The translations under genes were made by a program, and so were the position numbers. 64,000 bases of DNA, taken from the NCBI GenBank assembly GCA_009859145.1, contig VRVR01000002.1:62001-126000 (forward strand), in the 5' to 3' direction. The DNA comes from Andalucia godoyi And28 (lineage: Eukaryota > Protista > Jakobida). This document shows, piece by piece, positions 60,348-64,000 of the stretch. The notes under the pieces are model-generated. The model was not told the origin of the DNA. It did no database searches and saw only the letters and a program-made list of their open reading frames with translations. Every line of letters starts with the position of its first letter. Within the stretch, counting starts at the first letter, position 1.

Positions 60348-61901
60348 ATGGATGATCTAGACTTTGAAGAAGCGGGAGAAACGTACGATTACGAGTATGA
60401 ATACAACGATGATGAGGATTCGATGACTCGTGACGAAGGGTTCTATGGCGGCGATATGATTCACAGTCCGCATGTTCCTGCGCCGGTATTCAAGGTAGTG
60501 TCGCCTGATGATCTCGCGAAAAGCCAGTCTGTGTTCATCAAGCAGATATCAGAAATCCTGAACTGCTCGTTGTCTGCAGCAGGCTCTCTAGCTAGGTATT
60601 TCCACTGGGATCGACAGAAGCTTCTTGAAAATTACTATTCAGACGAGGAGAGAACGCTGCAGAAGGCGGGTGTGGATACCCGGAATGTTGGATACAAAAA
60701 GGGAAAGTTTGGTGCCCCACTGATGTGCAACATCTGCTTTGATCAGAAGGACGGCTCGGAAATGTGTGCTGTGTCGTGCAACCATTTCTTTTGCGCGTGC
60801 TGCTATCGAGGGTACTTGGAATCAAAGCTGAACGAAGGACCGTCGGTGATTCTCACGACTTGCCCGTTTCCAAAGTGCACTTGCGTGGTCTCAGAAGACT
60901 GTTTTCGTGATCTTATGGCCGCAGACTGTGTGACGAGGTATGAGACGTTCTTGACGCGTTCATTTGTGGACGACAATCCAAATGTGAGATGGTGCCCTGC
61001 ACCGAATTGCGGAAATGCAGTCTCGGCCGAAAATGCAAAGTGGAACACGGTCTGCGAATGCTCTTGTCAGAAACGCTTCTGCTTCGGATGCGGAGCTGAT
61101 CCCCACAATCCTGCGCCGTGCAAAGTCGTCAAAGACTGGATGTCCAGAGAAGTGAAAGAATCTGCGACTTCGGAATGGCTCGTCAAGAACACCCGGGACT
61201 GTCCAAAGTGCAGCGTCCGAATTCACAAGGACGGCGGCTGCAATCACGTGACGTGTTCGAAGTGCCGCTACGAGTTTTGCTGGATTTGTGGTGACGACTG
61301 GACAAGACATGGATCCAGCACTGGCGGTTATTACTCCTGCAATCGATTCAACGAGACAAGCACTGCGCCCGGGCGTCCAGGAGGATCGGCGACTTCCGCT
61401 GCTGCCAAGCTTCGCGACGGGCTGGAAAAGTACGTGCACCATTTGAACCGATTCCAGAATCATGAGCAAGCCAGCAAGTACGAAAGCAAGATTCGAAGTA
61501 GAATTAACAAACTCAAGGAGCAGCGCAGTGGGTCCTCGATGGACACGTTAGAAGATATAGATTATTTGACCGTGGCTCTGGATGCCGCGATGCGTGCCCG
61601 TAGTGTTTTGAAGTGGACTTACGTGGCCGCGTTTTACATGAGCTTGGGTCCGCACAAGGAAGTCTTCTCGCACAGCCAAGAACAGCTGGAAGGTGCGGTG
61701 GAGCATCTCACGAGTCTGCTGGAGAAGGATCTGACCACCATCAATCGCACGGAGGTCATGTTTCTCACGACGCTCATCACTCAGTGGATCGACCGAGTGG
61801 AGCATTTTGACTACGATGAAGCTGGCGGGGTTGACGCGGTGTTTGATTTGAGCATGCTTGGTGGCGGTTTCCTTCGCACTGCGGCTTCAACAAAGCGATA
61901 G
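60348..61901 (+). CDS. ARIH1: Ariadne-family RBR E3 ubiquitin ligase
   Basis: Acidic N-terminus, RING1 CNIC...CNHFFC, IBR WCPAPNC, RING2 CPKC...HKDGGCNH...CWIC and an Ariadne domain. Confidence 0.92.
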   Translation: MDDLDFEEAGETYDYEYEYNDDEDSMTRDEGFYGGDMIHSPHVPAPVFKVVSPDDLAKSQSVFIKQISEILNCSLSAAGSLARYFHWDRQKLLENYYSDEERTLQKAGVDTRNVGYKKGKFGAPLMCNICFDQKDGSEMCAVSCNHFFCACCYRGYLESKLNEGPSVILTTCPFPKCTCVVSEDCFRDLMAADCVTRYETFLTRSFVDDNPNVRWCPAPNCGNAVSAENAKWNTVCECSCQKRFCFGCGADPHNPAPCKVVKDWMSREVKESATSEWLVKNTRDCPKCSVRIHKDGGCNHVTCSKCRYEFCWICGDDWTRHGSSTGGYYSCNRFNETSTAPGRPGGSATSAAAKLRDGLEKYVHHLNRFQNHEQASKYESKIRSRINKLKEQRSGSSMDTLEDIDYLTVALDAAMRARSVLKWTYVAAFYMSLGPHKEVFSHSQEQLEGAVEHLTSLLEKDLTTINRTEVMFLTTLITQWIDRVEHFDYDEAGGVDAVFDLSMLGGGFLRTAASTKR

Positions 61902-62178
61902 TACGGGTACCTGAGCGACCAAGGAAACACATCGAAGGATCTTTGCGAGATTTGGAAGCCCCAAAGTTGTTGTTGCTGTCGTCGACCTTCTTTTTCTTAA
62001 ATTGTAACTATGGATGGTTTGCGTCAACTTCCTGTTCATTTTTCTGCAGGGAGACGCGAGATAAATATAGATACTATGAATCAAAAACCAACCAACCAAC
62101 CAACCAACCCCTCTTCCCTCTCAATTTTCGTATTTTATGATATTGTGCAAGTTTCCGGAATGTGGTGCGAGATCTGCA

Positions 62179-63255
62179 CTATGATAGCACCCATTTGACG
62201 TATTCATACGTGGTCCAGCAAAATGCCACACTGGGCCCCATGTACATGACACGAGCCGACGCACCCCGGAAAAACCCTGCGCTTCCATCTTCTCTTAGGA
62301 TCCTCCGCACTACATCTTGGAAACCTTCGTTCACGCCGTACTCCGCTTGCGTCTGCAACCGTGTCTTGATCACATCCAGGGGATTGGAGACCAATGCGGC
62401 AGCTGCTCCAGCGCCACATCCAGCAACCACGTGTTTCCACGGTTCGTACTCGATGTGGTCATGGCCATCATCATCGTCATCGTCGTCGGCATGGCTGTGG
62501 TGGCCGTCTACGCCGTCTTTACTTGCACTGTGCAAAGGATCCAGCTTCAGAAGCCCCTTGCCGCTCGCTGCATTCGCTTGCAATTCCTGCTCCCTCCTTA
62601 GCTGATCCTCCCACTGCAGCCTCCTTTGCGCCACAATTTCTGCCGAAGGATTACGCCCAAGGAGAGTCCTCAGGGATTCGTACGTCGCGAACTGCACTGC
62701 AGTATGAGGAATTCCCATTGCAACTGTTGTTGGATACGACAAGAAGAATGCTCGAACTCCTTCTTTCAACAGCACAGTTCGAAAGCAATGCCATGCATTC
62801 CTGTAGTTTGAATTCGCTAGCTGCATTCTTTGCTTGATGACATCGAGTGGAGTCGAAACTGCATCGTGAAATAGAACTGCGATTGCCCCTGAACTACCAG
62901 CAGCCACTGGATGATGCCCCTTGCGATCAGCCCCAGTAGCTTTCTTTGCAGCTTCGTACGCAGCAAAGTACAGCGCATGCGACGGAAACGCTCCTGCAAC
63001 CACCGCACTCATTCCCGAAAATAGCTTTAGTGGTCCTTCCGAGCGCGCCACGTGCAACAGCTCTCCAATCACACTTCGGCGAATGGATTTCGAGTCCAGC
63101 GTCTGCAGCCGAGTCTTGATCATGTCAAAAGGGAACATCCCAACGTGTTCCATAAGCCCAGCCGAGCCACCAGCAATCATGTGAACAACAGGAGACACTC
63201 CAGGTGGTCTCTCTCCTTCTTCAACATGAGCCGCAAACACAGGTCGATCGCTCAT
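62179..63255 (-). CDS. Mitochondrial carrier, mitoferrin (MRS3/4, SLC25A37/28) type
   Basis: HMIAGGSAGLMEHVGMFPFDMIKTRLQ, PSHALYF, FHDAVSTPLDVIKQRMQ, SYPTT and third repeat PLDVIKTRLQ. Confidence 0.88.
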   Translation of the reverse strand: MSDRPVFAAHVEEGERPPGVSPVVHMIAGGSAGLMEHVGMFPFDMIKTRLQTLDSKSIRRSVIGELLHVARSEGPLKLFSGMSAVVAGAFPSHALYFAAYEAAKKATGADRKGHHPVAAGSSGAIAVLFHDAVSTPLDVIKQRMQLANSNYRNAWHCFRTVLLKEGVRAFFLSYPTTVAMGIPHTAVQFATYESLRTLLGRNPSAEIVAQRRLQWEDQLRREQELQANAASGKGLLKLDPLHSASKDGVDGHHSHADDDDDDDGHDHIEYEPWKHVVAGCGAGAAAALVSNPLDVIKTRLQTQAEYGVNEGFQDVVRRILREDGSAGFFRGASARVMYMGPSVAFCWTTYEYVKWVLS

Positions 63256-63450
63256 ATTTCAAAAATGATCTATGAAATAAAGAATAATTATGCTCGTTCG
63301 TTTCCAACTCGGTTGGCAGTTCGTTCGTTGTGCTTGCTCTGACTGTCCCTCTGCGACGAATCGACAGGATCCAGCGATTCTAAACCTAGAAATGATCAAA
63401 AAATTGTCAAAATAACACCACTGCGTACAATGACCAATTGGGGATCGTCG

Positions 63451-63486
<36 letters not shown>
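63451..63486. repeat. (TGA)n trinucleotide repeat
   Basis: Directly visible. Confidence 0.95.
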
Positions 63487-63488
<2 letters not shown>

Positions 63489-64000
63489 CAGCACAAACAA
63501 CTAATCAACACATCAGATAATAAAGAAGAGGAAAAAAATAGAATGGAAGAAATTGTCAAGTTCGGAATCAAAAGCCTTTTTTTTTTCGCATGCACGCAAA
63601 GCGAACTGCGAAAAAATATATACATTGTAACTACAGCAATAATTTAAAAAAATCCCGGAAATCTTTTGCTTTTCCTCTACGGTCTGCATCACGTGATGCA
63701 CGTACTAGGGGGGAAAAAACAGACCCACAAGTCGAAAAGGCCTCTTCTATGCATTTGTTCAAATACTGCATTTTGCTAAGAACTAGCTTGCCAGTGTGAG
63801 CTTGACAGGTGTTGGGGCAGGCCTTCAAAGCCTGTGCGGGCCACAAGCCCGAATGGATCGATACCATCTCGCTGGCGTCATTGTTTTTTTGTTTTTGTTT
63901 TTGTTTTTTCTTTTCGACTGGTCGACCAGATCCGTGTTCCATTCGCCGCTGGGTTGGAATGGAACGGAGACAAATTGTCATTCAGCCAAGAATGCACACA

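Noticed and set aside
63631-63981. 116-codon minus-strand ORF at the right edge
   Set aside because: It spans poly-A/T tracts, has no recognisable motif and cannot be judged without the adjacent sequence.

Overview
Gene-dense, intron-poor eukaryotic (protist) genomic DNA read with the standard code; all three stop codons end genes. It holds about 30 protein-coding genes. CFAP58 and TMEM218 imply a cilium with a transition zone. NDUFAF1, a LYR protein and mitoferrin imply conventional mitochondria. A HOP1/HORMAD and ZSWIM7/SWS1 imply meiosis/recombination machinery. Sestrin and a PH-domain Akt-like kinase point to TOR-pathway signalling. The few introns mostly begin GTATGT. Long (CT)n/(GA)n/(CA)n microsatellites fill intergenic and intronic space. 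I cannot identify the species. Features missing from the ORF track that I found by manual reading: (1) a frameshifted Fanzor2/IS607-TnpB-like RNA-guided nuclease relic at about 3.9-4.33 kb, with candidate omegaRNA hairpins at its 3' end; (2) a second, differently patterned Fanzor1-like relic at about 21.3-21.6 kb; (3) a box C/D snoRNA inside the URB1 intron, predicted to guide 18S rRNA Am512-equivalent methylation; (4) a minus-strand ORF running off the left edge. I saw no rRNA, tRNA or CRISPR array. All family assignments come from motif recognition by eye, not database searches.
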